A DNA stretch of 43,377 bases from IMG/VR virus record IMGVR_UViG_3300038393_000502, positions 1-43,377 of that record; one strand, written 5' to 3'. Below, one piece after another: positions 35,427-43,377 of the stretch; position 1 is the stretch's first letter; every line of letters begins with the position of its first letter. The position numbers were made by a program, and so were the translations under genes. The DNA comes from a virus (lineage: Duplodnaviria; Caudoviricetes). The notes beneath the pieces were generated by a model that was not told where the DNA came from, did not search any database, and saw only the letters and a list, made by a program, of their open reading frames with translations.

Positions 35427-35640
35427 GCCCTCGAAAGAGGGCTTTTCGGAAGGGGCTGCTGGCCTGCCCCTTCCGAAAACACGGGAGCTTCCTGAACCAA
35501 CCTGCGGCTCGCCTCGCGGGACAAAGCCCGAGTTTGCTAAACGCCCCTGCCCGTACGGACCTGACGGGGGCGCGGTGCATAAACCGCTGGAAGCTGGCAA
35601 CAACACGAGCGGAAAACTCGGGAATTGGCGAAACGAATTC
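35427..35640 (+). ncRNA. Candidate structured RNA (attenuator or sRNA)
   Basis: Series of stems incl. a GNRA hairpin, a 14-bp hairpin and a three-way junction closed by CCCGAGTTT/AAACTCGGG. Confidence 0.55.
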
Positions 35641-35652
35641 AAAGGACCAGAG

Positions 35653-35892
35653 ATGAGCTATTTCGACGACAACTTCGACTACATCGTCTACGGCCGCTAC
35701 CGCGAGGAGGATGACCCGTACCGCGACCCGACCCACAGCGTCGCGTGCAATCGCTGCGGGAAAACCGGCCTGAAGTGGCGCACCAACGATAACGGCAACT
35801 GGCAGCTCTACGAAGAGATTCGCGGCGACCGCAACCAGAAGCTGCCGCACCAGTGCAACCCGACGACCATTGACGATTTCGATGCGCTGTGA
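35653..35892 (+). CDS. Small Zn-ribbon protein
   Basis: AAAGGA RBS; CNRCG...W...PHQC. Confidence 0.72.
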   Translation: MSYFDDNFDYIVYGRYREEDDPYRDPTHSVACNRCGKTGLKWRTNDNGNWQLYEEIRGDRNQKLPHQCNPTTIDDFDAL

Positions 35893-36221
35893 CTACGTAC
35901 TCCGTCCGCTGCCGCAACACCAAGTGCCGGCATCGTCGCGTCACCACGCGGCACCCCGACACGTATACACGCCCGCCGAAGTGCCCGGTGTGCGGCTGCG
36001 CGAGCGGCTGGCGCATCGAGAACCGGGACTACAACCGGCGCGGCCTGTGCCGCTGCAGCGGAGTCGACATGGTACGCGGCGTGCATTTCCCGCACCGGAC
36101 TACGCACCCATTCTGCGACCAGCACCCGAGGGGTTACTACAACCAGGCGCGCGCCCAGGGCGTAGCGCACGACGAGATTCCAGCCGAGTACGGCGGAGGT
36201 TTGACGGAGAAAGCAGCATGA
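35889..36221 (+). CDS. Cys/His-rich hypothetical protein
   Basis: GTGA overlap; CRNTKC, CPVC, CRC, FPHR...C. Confidence 0.7.
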   Translation: MTTYSVRCRNTKCRHRRVTTRHPDTYTRPPKCPVCGCASGWRIENRDYNRRGLCRCSGVDMVRGVHFPHRTTHPFCDQHPRGYYNQARAQGVAHDEIPAEYGGGLTEKAA

Positions 36222-36601
36222 CGAAACGAAGCAAGACCCCGGCCGGTTCGTTCGGCGCCCGCGCATGCCGAGCGCTGCGCGTGCGCCTCATGACGCAGGG
36301 CCGCGCCTCGCTGCCGCCGTCCTTCGCCACTTCGAACTGGATCGTGGCGCGGATTCTGGCGACAGTGCCGTGGGCCGACTTCAACGAGATCCGCGCGGTA
36401 TACCGCGAAGCCGATCGGCTGACGGTCTCGACCGGCGTCAAGCACCAGGTCGACCACATCGTTCCCCTGAATCACCCCCGGGTGTGCGGCCTGCACGTGC
36501 ATTTCAACCTGCGCGCCATCCCGGCCGGCCCGAACATGAGCAAGAACAACTACTGGTGCCCGGAGCAGCTTGAGCTGTTCGGCGAGGCGGAACAACTATG
36601 A
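36218..36601 (+). CDS. HNH endonuclease-like protein
   Basis: TVPWAD...VDHIVPL....VCGLHV..NL..I....N..K.N. Confidence 0.82.
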   Translation: MTKRSKTPAGSFGARACRALRVRLMTQGRASLPPSFATSNWIVARILATVPWADFNEIRAVYREADRLTVSTGVKHQVDHIVPLNHPRVCGLHVHFNLRAIPAGPNMSKNNYWCPEQLELFGEAEQL

Positions 36602-38667
36602 CCAAGCTCTGGCTCGACGACGAGACGTTCAGCGAAACGCCGATCACGTACGGCACGCACCGTTACGCTGAGGGTGCCGAGGTGCTGCTGCGCGCCTGGG
36701 CGATCGATGAGGATACCCCGGCAGTGCAGGACGTCGCCAACGGTGAGCCGCCCAGCCGGATACTGGTCGAGGCCTTGCGCGACCCAGAAGTCGAAATCTG
36801 GGCGCACAACAGCCACTTCGACCGCACGCTGGAACGCCATGCCGGCTACACGCTCGCCATTAATCGCTGGCGCGACACGATGGTGCAGGCGATGGCCCAC
36901 GGCCTGCCGGGCTCCCTCGACCAGCTGTGCGAGATCCTGAAGGTGCCGACCGACAAGGCCAAGGACAAAGCCGGCAAGGCCCTGATCCAGCTCTTCTGCA
37001 AGCCGCCGGCGAAGAACCTGAAGCGCGGCCGCGCGACGCGCCAGACGCACCCGGCCGAGTGGGCCCGGTTCGTCGAATACGCCGGCCTGGACATCGCGGC
37101 CATGCGCGAGGTGCACCGCCGCCTGCCGACCTGGAACTACACCGGCCGCGAACTCGCGCTCTGGCACCTCGACCAGGTCATCAACGACCGCGGCGTCGCG
37201 ATCGACCTGCAGCTGGCCGAAAGCGCGGTGCGTGCCGTCGACCGCGCCCAGGTCGCGCTGGCGAAGCGCACTCGCGACCTGACCAACGACGAGGTGCAGG
37301 CGGCCACCCAGCGCGACGCAATGCTCGAGCACGTGCTGAAGGAGTACGGCGTCGACCTGCCCGATATGCAGATGGCCACGCTCGAACGGCGCATCGCCGA
37401 TCCGGACCTGCCGGCCGGGCTCAAGGAGCTGCTGCAGGTGCGCCTGCAGGCGTCGACGACCAGCACGAGCAAGTACAAGACGCTGATGAAGGGCACGAGC
37501 TCGGACGGGCGCCTGCGCGGGCTGCTGCAGTTCTGCGGCGCGCAGCGCACCGGCCGCTGGGCCGGGCGCCTCTTCCAGCCGCAGAACCTGCCGCGGCCGA
37601 CCATGAAGCAGGACGAGATCGACCTGGGCATCGATGCCTTGAAGACGGGCTGCGCTGACGTGCTGTTCGACAACGTCATGCAGCTGACCAGCTCGGCCAT
37701 CCGCGGCTGCATCGTGGCGCCCGAGGGCCGCAAGCTGGTGATCGCCGACCTTTCGAACATCGAGGGTCGGGTGCAGGCCTGGCTCGCCGGCGAGGAATGG
37801 AAGCTCAAGGCCTTCCGCGCCTTCGACGCCGGCACCGGCCCCGACCTCTACAAGCTGGCCTACGCGAAGGCGTTCGGCGTCCGCCCTGAGGACGTGACCA
37901 AAGACCAGCGCCAGGTCGGCAAGGTCATGGAGCTGATGCTCGGCTACGAGGGCGGCGTCGGCGCCTACGTGACCGGTGCGCTCACCTACAGGATCGACCT
38001 CGAGGACATGGCCGAGAAAGCCGTCGGCAGCATCCCGGGGAACGTGTGGGGTCAGGCCAACATCATGTTCGACTGGCACAAGAGCAAGAAGAAGCGCGAC
38101 CCGGCCGCCGCCCTGGGCCTGTCGCAGCGCGTCTGGCTCACCTGCGAATCGTTCAAGCTGGGCTGGCGCGACGCGCACGCGCGCATCGCCGCGTTCTGGA
38201 AGCTGCTGGACGAAGCCGTGCGCAGCGCGATCGAATGCCCAGGCCACACCTTCCCCTGCCGGGCCCTGAAGGTGCGCCGCGACGGCAACTGGCTGCGCAT
38301 CGGCCTGCCGTCTGGCCGCGCGATCTGCTACCCGTCGCCCCAGGTTGTTGACGGGAAGATCACCTACATGGGCATCAACCAGTACAGCCGGAAGTGGTGC
38401 CGCCTCGACACCTACGGCGGCAAGCTGTTCGAGAACGTGTGCCAGGCCGTGGCGCGCGACGTGATGGCCCACAACATGCCCGCGATCGAGCAGGCCGGCT
38501 ACGAGATCGTGCTGTCCGTGCACGACGAGCTGCTTACCGAAACCCCACAGGACGACCAGTTCAGTGCCGAGCAGCTGAGCGCGCTGCTGGCCGCGGACCC
38601 GCCCTGGGCGCCGGACATGCCGCTCGCGGCCGCCGGCTTCGAGACCGACCGCTACAAGAAAGATTGA
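36598..38667 (+). CDS. Family A DNA polymerase with 3'-5' exonuclease
   Basis: Exo LDDET, AHNSHFDR, YAGLD; TGRWAG...QPQNLPR; motif A DLSNIEGR, B RQVGKVMEL.LGY, C VHDE. Confidence 0.96.
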   Translation: MTKLWLDDETFSETPITYGTHRYAEGAEVLLRAWAIDEDTPAVQDVANGEPPSRILVEALRDPEVEIWAHNSHFDRTLERHAGYTLAINRWRDTMVQAMAHGLPGSLDQLCEILKVPTDKAKDKAGKALIQLFCKPPAKNLKRGRATRQTHPAEWARFVEYAGLDIAAMREVHRRLPTWNYTGRELALWHLDQVINDRGVAIDLQLAESAVRAVDRAQVALAKRTRDLTNDEVQAATQRDAMLEHVLKEYGVDLPDMQMATLERRIADPDLPAGLKELLQVRLQASTTSTSKYKTLMKGTSSDGRLRGLLQFCGAQRTGRWAGRLFQPQNLPRPTMKQDEIDLGIDALKTGCADVLFDNVMQLTSSAIRGCIVAPEGRKLVIADLSNIEGRVQAWLAGEEWKLKAFRAFDAGTGPDLYKLAYAKAFGVRPEDVTKDQRQVGKVMELMLGYEGGVGAYVTGALTYRIDLEDMAEKAVGSIPGNVWGQANIMFDWHKSKKKRDPAAALGLSQRVWLTCESFKLGWRDAHARIAAFWKLLDEAVRSAIECPGHTFPCRALKVRRDGNWLRIGLPSGRAICYPSPQVVDGKITYMGINQYSRKWCRLDTYGGKLFENVCQAVARDVMAHNMPAIEQAGYEIVLSVHDELLTETPQDDQFSAEQLSALLAADPPWAPDMPLAAAGFETDRYKKD

Positions 38668-38692
38668 TTCACCCAACCACGAGGAGAAGGAA

Positions 38693-38842
38693 ATGTTTGA
38701 CCGCCTGAAAGCCTATCTGCGTCGCCGCCGCATTGAACGTCTCGCCGCCGAGCTGGCCCGGGTCCGCGCGCTGCGCATGTCGATGACCCAGCAGGAGTTT
38801 GCCCTGCGCGGGAAGATGGCTGTGCTCAAGGGTTCGGAATGA
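38693..38842 (+). CDS. Small hypothetical protein (49 aa; not in the ORF track)
   Basis: GAGGAGAAGG RBS; MFDRLKAYLRRRR...; stop overlaps the next ATG. Confidence 0.6.
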   Translation: MFDRLKAYLRRRRIERLAAELARVRALRMSMTQQEFALRGKMAVLKGSE

Positions 38843-39054
38843 GCGCACCGCTGACCTTCGAGCAGCTGCAGGCGATGCTCAACGTGAGCGAGGCGCTGCG
38901 CGCGAAGCTGGTGGAAGAGCGCGACGCGCTGCTGGCCCAGCCGTCGCCGATGTTCAAACCGCGCAGCCTCACCCCGGAGGGGCGCCAGCTCGAGCGCGAT
39001 GCGTTCGCCCGCGGGCTGCACTTTGCCGCCATGTCGAGGCGCCCCGGTGCGTGA
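38839..39054 (+). CDS. Small hypothetical protein
   Basis: ATGA coupling within the operon. Confidence 0.6.
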   Translation: MSAPLTFEQLQAMLNVSEALRAKLVEERDALLAQPSPMFKPRSLTPEGRQLERDAFARGLHFAAMSRRPGA

Positions 39055-39328
39055 ATCGAAGATCGAGAAGTACCTGGTGCAGCGCGTGAAGGCGCTGGGC
39101 GGCGAGGTGCGCAAGGTCAACTGGATCGGCCGCCGCGGCGCGCCAGATCGACTGGTTATGCTGCCGTATCGGAAGCTGCTGGCGCCGCAAACGATTTGGG
39201 TCGAGCTCAAGGCCACCGGTGTACAGGCCGAGCCGCACCAGCTGCGCGAGCACAAACGGATGCGCGGGATGGGACAGCGCGTCGAGGTGGTCGATTCTTT
39301 TCAACGAGTAGATGAGGTGCTTTCATGA
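39047..39328 (+). CDS. VRR-NUC domain nuclease
   Basis: RESKIEKYL...GG...K...GAPDRL...VELKA...Q...H. Confidence 0.9.
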   Translation: MRESKIEKYLVQRVKALGGEVRKVNWIGRRGAPDRLVMLPYRKLLAPQTIWVELKATGVQAEPHQLREHKRMRGMGQRVEVVDSFQRVDEVLS

Positions 39329-39648
39329 TTTGCAACGACGTCGATAAACACCTGGACGCAGTGTTGCGAGCCTCCGGTTCAGCGCTCCGCCATTATTCAA
39401 TGCCGAAGACGTTGAATGACATGCGCGCCGCTATGCGCGCCGCGATGATCTCTGCCGGAGCCAGCTGGACGCCCGCGAGCAACCCGCCCGACGCCGACAC
39501 CACCGTGATGTTGGCCCTCGCCGATGGCGAAGTGTGGCAGGGCTACTGGGATGGTGGCGACTGGATCGAAGTGTCAGGCCTGCGCCTCGCCCCCGGCCGC
39601 GTCAGCTACTGGATGCACACTCCTGCCCACCCGGAGGACCGCGCATGA
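39325..39648 (+). CDS. DUF551-like domain protein
   Basis: W.PA..PPD....V...VSYWM..P..P. Confidence 0.7.
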   Translation: MICNDVDKHLDAVLRASGSALRHYSMPKTLNDMRAAMRAAMISAGASWTPASNPPDADTTVMLALADGEVWQGYWDGGDWIEVSGLRLAPGRVSYWMHTPAHPEDRA

Positions 39649-39743
39649 ACCCATACCTGATTTTCGCTCTCGGCCTCCTGGCCGGAGGCACCTTCGGCGC
39701 CTTCGCGATGGCCCTCTTCATCGGAGGCCGCGAACGTGGCTAA
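39645..39743 (+). CDS. Single-TM peptide (32 aa)
   Basis: GGAGG RBS; LIFALGLLAGGTFGAFAMALF. Confidence 0.6.
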   Translation: MNPYLIFALGLLAGGTFGAFAMALFIGGRERG

Positions 39744-41121
39744 GCAGTTCACCCCGCGCCCCTACCAGACGCTGATCACCAACCACATCCTCGACACCCC
39801 GCGGTGCGCCGTGTGGGCCGGAATGGGGCTGGGCAAGACGACTGCGACTTACAACGCCCTGGACATCATTCTGATGGCCGAGGGCGGCCCGATCCTCGTC
39901 GTGGCGCCGCTGCGGGTGGCGCGCAGCACCTGGCCGGACGAGGCGCGGAAGTGGGAGCACCTGAACGGCCTGCGGGTGATGCCGATCATCGGCAGCGAAG
40001 CCGAGCGGCGCATGGCGCTGTCGGTCGAGGCCGACGTCTACACGACCAACTTCGAAAACCTGCCCTGGCTGATCGAGCACTTCGGCAACGGCGAGCGCTG
40101 GCCGTTCGAAACGGTCGTGATCGACGAAGCCACGAAGCTCAAGGGCTTCCGGCTGCGCCAGGGCACGCAGCGCGCCAAGGCCCTGGGCCGGGTGGCGCAC
40201 ACCCGCATCAAGCGCTTCATCGAGCTGACCGGCACGCCGTCGCCCAACGGCCTGACGGACCTCTGGGGTCAGGCGTGGTTCATCGACGCGGGCGTGCGCC
40301 TGGGGCGCACGTTCGACGGCTTCAAGCAGCGTTGGTTCCGCCCAAAGCACAACGGCCATGGGGTCGAACCCTTCGACCACTCACAAGAGCAGATCCAGAA
40401 CAAGCTGCGCGACGTGTGCATCACGATCGACGCCAAGGACTGGTTCGACCTGAGGGAGCCTATCGTCAACAACATCTACGTCGACCTGCCGATCAAGGCT
40501 CGCAAGCTGTATCAGGACATGGAAAAAGAGATGTTCATGCAGCTCGAGGAGTTCGAGGTTGAGGCTTTCAACGCGGCCGCGCGCACCGTCAAGTGCCTGC
40601 AGGTGGCCAACGGCGCGGCCTACGTGGGCAACACGCCCGGCGAGTGGCGCGAGATCCACGACGTCAAGCTGCAGGCCCTCGACGAGATCATCGAGGAGGC
40701 GGCCGGCATGCCGGTGCTGGTCTCGTACAACTTCAAGTCGGACCTGGCGCGCCTGTGCCAGGCCTTTCCGAAGGGGCGCGTGCTGGACGCGGATCCGCGC
40801 ACGATCGCCGACTGGAACGCGGGGAAGATCCCGGTGTTGTTCGCCCACCCGGCCAGCGCAGGCCACGGCCTGAACCTGCAGGACGGCGGCAACATCCTGG
40901 TGTTCTTCGCGCACGACTGGAACCTCGAAAACCGGCTGCAGATCATCGAACGTATCGGGCCCACGCGCCAGATGCAGGCCGGCCACGACAGGCCCATGTT
41001 CATCCACAATATCATTGCGCGCGACACCGTCGACGAGATGGTGCTCGAGCGCGTAGAAACGAAGCGCGAGGTGCAGGACATCCTGCTCGCCGCGATGAAG
41101 CAGAAAGGTTACAAACGATGA
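39736..41121 (+). CDS. SNF2-related SF2 helicase
   Basis: PRPYQ, MGLGKT, VIDEA, LTGTP, SAGHGLNLQ, QIIERI. Confidence 0.93.
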   Translation: MAKQFTPRPYQTLITNHILDTPRCAVWAGMGLGKTTATYNALDIILMAEGGPILVVAPLRVARSTWPDEARKWEHLNGLRVMPIIGSEAERRMALSVEADVYTTNFENLPWLIEHFGNGERWPFETVVIDEATKLKGFRLRQGTQRAKALGRVAHTRIKRFIELTGTPSPNGLTDLWGQAWFIDAGVRLGRTFDGFKQRWFRPKHNGHGVEPFDHSQEQIQNKLRDVCITIDAKDWFDLREPIVNNIYVDLPIKARKLYQDMEKEMFMQLEEFEVEAFNAAARTVKCLQVANGAAYVGNTPGEWREIHDVKLQALDEIIEEAAGMPVLVSYNFKSDLARLCQAFPKGRVLDADPRTIADWNAGKIPVLFAHPASAGHGLNLQDGGNILVFFAHDWNLENRLQIIERIGPTRQMQAGHDRPMFIHNIIARDTVDEMVLERVETKREVQDILLAAMKQKGYKR

Positions 41122-41354
41122 GCGCAATGTTCCTGGACACAGACGAGATCCGTGAGCTGACGTGCCGCGTGCAACGCGCCGCCCAGGTGAAAGTGCTGCG
41201 CGGGATGGGGATCGAACACCGCGAGCGGCCGGACGGCACCGTGGCGGTGCTGCGCGCCCACGTCGAGAAGGTTTTCGGCGCGGCGCCGGCGGCCGGACGG
41301 AAGGCTGCGCCAAAGGAACCGGACTGGGGAGCCCTTGATGCCGCGCGCGCGTAA
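41118..41354 (+). CDS. DUF4224-like protein, probable excisionase
   Basis: FLDTDEIRELT...AQ...LR.MGI....RPDG..V; EPDWGAL; overlaps int. Confidence 0.75.
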   Translation: MSAMFLDTDEIRELTCRVQRAAQVKVLRGMGIEHRERPDGTVAVLRAHVEKVFGAAPAAGRKAAPKEPDWGALDAARA

Positions 41355-42390
41355 GCCCGAGAACAAAGGGTTGCCACTGCGCTGGCGACACACCCACGGC
41401 GCCTACTACTACCAGGTGCCGCCAGGCCAAGAGGCCGCCTGGGACGGCAAGAAGCTGTTCCGCCTCGGCGCGACCCTGTCGGACGCCTACGCTGTGTGGG
41501 CCGAACGGCTGCGGTACGTGCAGGACGCCAAGACGATCGCGCAGCTGCTGGACCGCTACGCCCTCGAAGTGATCCCGAAGAAGGCGGTAACCACGCAGGC
41601 CCAGAACCAGAGCGCTATCAAACCTCTCCGGATCGCGTTCGGCAAGATGACGCTCACCGACATCAAACCGATGCACGTCTACCGGTACGTCGACAAAGCA
41701 AAAGGAAAGACCGGCGCGAAGCGTGAAATCGAAGTGCTGTCTCATGCGTTCACCAAGGCCGTGGAATGGGGCTACCTCGACCGGCACCCGTTCAAGGGCG
41801 AGGTGCGCTTCGAGGGTGAGAAGTCGCGCACGCGCTACGTCGAGGATTGGGAAGTCGTCGAGTGCCTGTCGCTCACGCCGCGGCGCAAGGCCGGCAGCGT
41901 CCTGGCCGCCCAGGCCTACATCCGGATCAAACTGCTGACCGGCCTGCGCCGCGGCGACATGTTGCGGCTCACGATGTCCGACCTGAAGGACGACGGGATC
42001 CACATCGAGCCTCACAAGACGCGCGATTCGACCGGGAAGCGGATGATCATCGAATGGTCCGAGGAGCTGCGCGCGGCAGTCGCGCTGGCCAAGGCGGCGC
42101 GGCCGGTGAAGCTGTCGCCGTTCCTGTTCTGCAACCGCGACGGCGAAGGATACATCGACGAGAAGACCGGGCGCGCCGGCGGCTGGGAATCGCTGTGGCG
42201 CAATTTCATCGCCCGGGTGATGGACGAGACGAAGGTCGAGGAGCACTTCACCGAGCACGACCTGCGCGCCAAGTGCGCCAGCGATGCCGAAACGCTCGAG
42301 CACGCGCGCCAGCTGCTGGCGCACGCCGACGGCAAGATCACGGAGCGCGTGTACCGGCGCCGCCCCGAGGTCGTGAAGCCGCTGCGGTAA
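41335..42390 (+). CDS. int: Tyrosine integrase
   Basis: TGLRRGD (R), K in PHKT, HDLR, LLAH, VY catalytic tyrosine; adjacent to att. Confidence 0.96.
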   Translation: MMPRARKPENKGLPLRWRHTHGAYYYQVPPGQEAAWDGKKLFRLGATLSDAYAVWAERLRYVQDAKTIAQLLDRYALEVIPKKAVTTQAQNQSAIKPLRIAFGKMTLTDIKPMHVYRYVDKAKGKTGAKREIEVLSHAFTKAVEWGYLDRHPFKGEVRFEGEKSRTRYVEDWEVVECLSLTPRRKAGSVLAAQAYIRIKLLTGLRRGDMLRLTMSDLKDDGIHIEPHKTRDSTGKRMIIEWSEELRAAVALAKAARPVKLSPFLFCNRDGEGYIDEKTGRAGGWESLWRNFIARVMDETKVEEHFTEHDLRAKCASDAETLEHARQLLAHADGKITERVYRRRPEVVKPLR

Positions 42391-42411
42391 AATCGAGGTA
42401 GGGAGAGCCCA

Positions 42412-42732
42412 ATGACCGATCGAGAACTGCTTGAACAGGCCGCCAGAGCCGCAGGGTGGAAAATTGACTTCTTGTCGTACGACCACGATGGGCTGGCGAA
42501 CGTCTACGCACCAGATGGCAAGCAACACGCGTGGAATCCGCTCACCAATGACGGCGACGCGCTCCGTCTGGCCATCGACTTGGACATCGATATTTATGGC
42601 GACGACAAGTACCGAGGCGCTGACGCGGGAGACGGGCACAGCGCAACTGAGCCAGTGAGCGAAGACACCTACGCCGCGAACCGTCGCGCCATCGTGCGCG
42701 CAGCGGCTGAACTTGGCCGATCTCTAAGATGA
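42412..42732 (+). CDS. Hypothetical protein, WNPL family (NinX/ABA-sandwich-like?), paralog 1
   Basis: GGGAG RBS; DRELLE.AARAAG...WNPLTNDGDALRLA...RRAIVRAAAELG. Confidence 0.75.
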   Translation: MTDRELLEQAARAAGWKIDFLSYDHDGLANVYAPDGKQHAWNPLTNDGDALRLAIDLDIDIYGDDKYRGADAGDGHSATEPVSEDTYAANRRAIVRAAAELGRSLR

Positions 42733-43175
42733 GCACTGACGAAAACAACTTCCGCCGCGTCGACTGGTCCGGCGACCCGTGGAACCCGAGCGATGATGAT
42801 GATGACGCGGATGGGCTGCCGCTCCAGCCGCCGCGCGGGCCCGGCCTGTCCGCTGAAGACCTGGAGCTGCTGACGCTGGCTGCGCGTGCGCTAGGCGCTG
42901 TCCGAGTTGATGAGGTCGAGGGCGAGGACTGGGTGAACCTGCACTTTGCTGACGGATCGACAATCTGGAATTGGAATCCGCTCGTATACAAGGACAACGC
43001 ATTCGATCTGATTGTGAGGCTGCGGCTTGACGTGCTTCACGGCCTCGATGAAGTGGCTATCAACGACCAGAATGTCGTGCTGGTCGATTACACTGAATAT
43101 GGTTCAGATCCTGCTGCTGATGCATGCCGCGTCGTCACATCCGCCGCTGCCGTGATCGGTAAATCGCTGGAGTAA
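42729..43175 (+). CDS. Hypothetical protein, WNPL family, paralog 2 with acidic N-terminal extension
   Basis: DLELLTLAARALG...WNPLVYKDNAFDL...RVVTSAAAVIG; ATGA coupling. Confidence 0.72.
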   Translation: MSTDENNFRRVDWSGDPWNPSDDDDDADGLPLQPPRGPGLSAEDLELLTLAARALGAVRVDEVEGEDWVNLHFADGSTIWNWNPLVYKDNAFDLIVRLRLDVLHGLDEVAINDQNVVLVDYTEYGSDPAADACRVVTSAAAVIGKSLE

Positions 43176-43190
43176 CCGCGAATCGAATAG

Positions 43191-43317
43191 TACAACTGCA
43201 TTCTATAGTACAGATAAAGAAAAAGCCGACTATCGAGTCGGCTTTTTTCTCTTTAAAATCAGGTAGTTATCCTTGGCGGAGAGAGGGGGATTCGAACCCC
43301 CGATAGGCTATGAACCT
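43191..43317. repeat. Right attachment site (direct repeat)
   Basis: Identical to 1..127; supplies the tRNA 3' end and terminator. Confidence 0.97.
43220..43248. terminator. Bidirectional terminator between the tRNA and the int operon
   Basis: Same hairpin as 30..58; lies between convergent transcripts. Confidence 0.87.
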
Positions 43318-43364
43318 ATACACGCTTTCCAGGCGTGCGACTTAAACCACTCATCCATCTCTCC
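43274..43364 (-). tRNA. tRNA-Ser (anticodon GGA)
   Basis: GGAGAGA acceptor stem, CACGC-CTGGAAA-GCGTG anticodon arm, long variable arm, GGTTCGAATCC T-arm, encoded CCA; 91 nt. Confidence 0.97.
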
Positions 43365-43377
43365 TGATGGGTTCACG

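Larger units (their letters stand above)
1..43317. mobile_element. Complete temperate prophage (BPP-1/epsilon15-like podovirus morphogenesis; APSE-like replication module), unit length 43,190 bp, integrated in tRNA-Ser
   Basis: Flanking 127-bp direct repeat containing the tRNA 3' end; integrase, cI/cro/cII, terminase, portal, capsid, tail and lysis genes all present as uninterrupted ORFs. Confidence 0.97.

Noticed and set aside
35495-35545. Resemblance to a c-di-GMP-I (GEMM) riboswitch (GGGAC-AAAGC...CTAAAC)
   Set aside because: Lacks the GCAAA segments and the GNRA-capped P2 stem; not supportable without a covariance-model search.

Overview
The window is essentially one complete, apparently intact ~43.2-kb temperate podovirus-type prophage, with a BPP-1/epsilon15-like virion module and an APSE-like PolA/DUF2800/DUF2815/VRR-NUC/SNF2 replication module. 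It is integrated in the 3' end of a tRNA-Ser(GGA) gene and bounded by an exact 127-bp direct repeat (1..127 = 43191..43317). The host is probably a high-GC betaproteobacterium (inference). Layout from the left: att, SOS-box gene, then on the minus strand lysis, tailspike, ejection proteins, tail, capsid, portal and terminase. Next come a small HTH gene, a repeat cluster, a two-gene plus-strand moron, primase-helicase/HNH/cII/cro (minus), cI with two accessory genes, an early replication operon, xis/int, two paralogous genes, att and the tRNA. The most notable unannotated signals are: (1) a five-copy late-promoter motif, (G/A)GTGTACGT-N18-xAxxxT, with an adjacent candidate activator; (2) period-6 [D/E]RR repeats on both Cro and that activator, a possible c-di-GMP input; (3) a ~220-nt structured intergenic RNA; (4) two short peptide tags (DDFDx[L/I] and a C-terminal acidic-LV), each shared by four unrelated proteins; (5) anti-defence and defence candidates (Gp49-family sponge, polyvalent ejection protein, HEPN-like moron). 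Family names are from my recognition of motifs, not from database searches.
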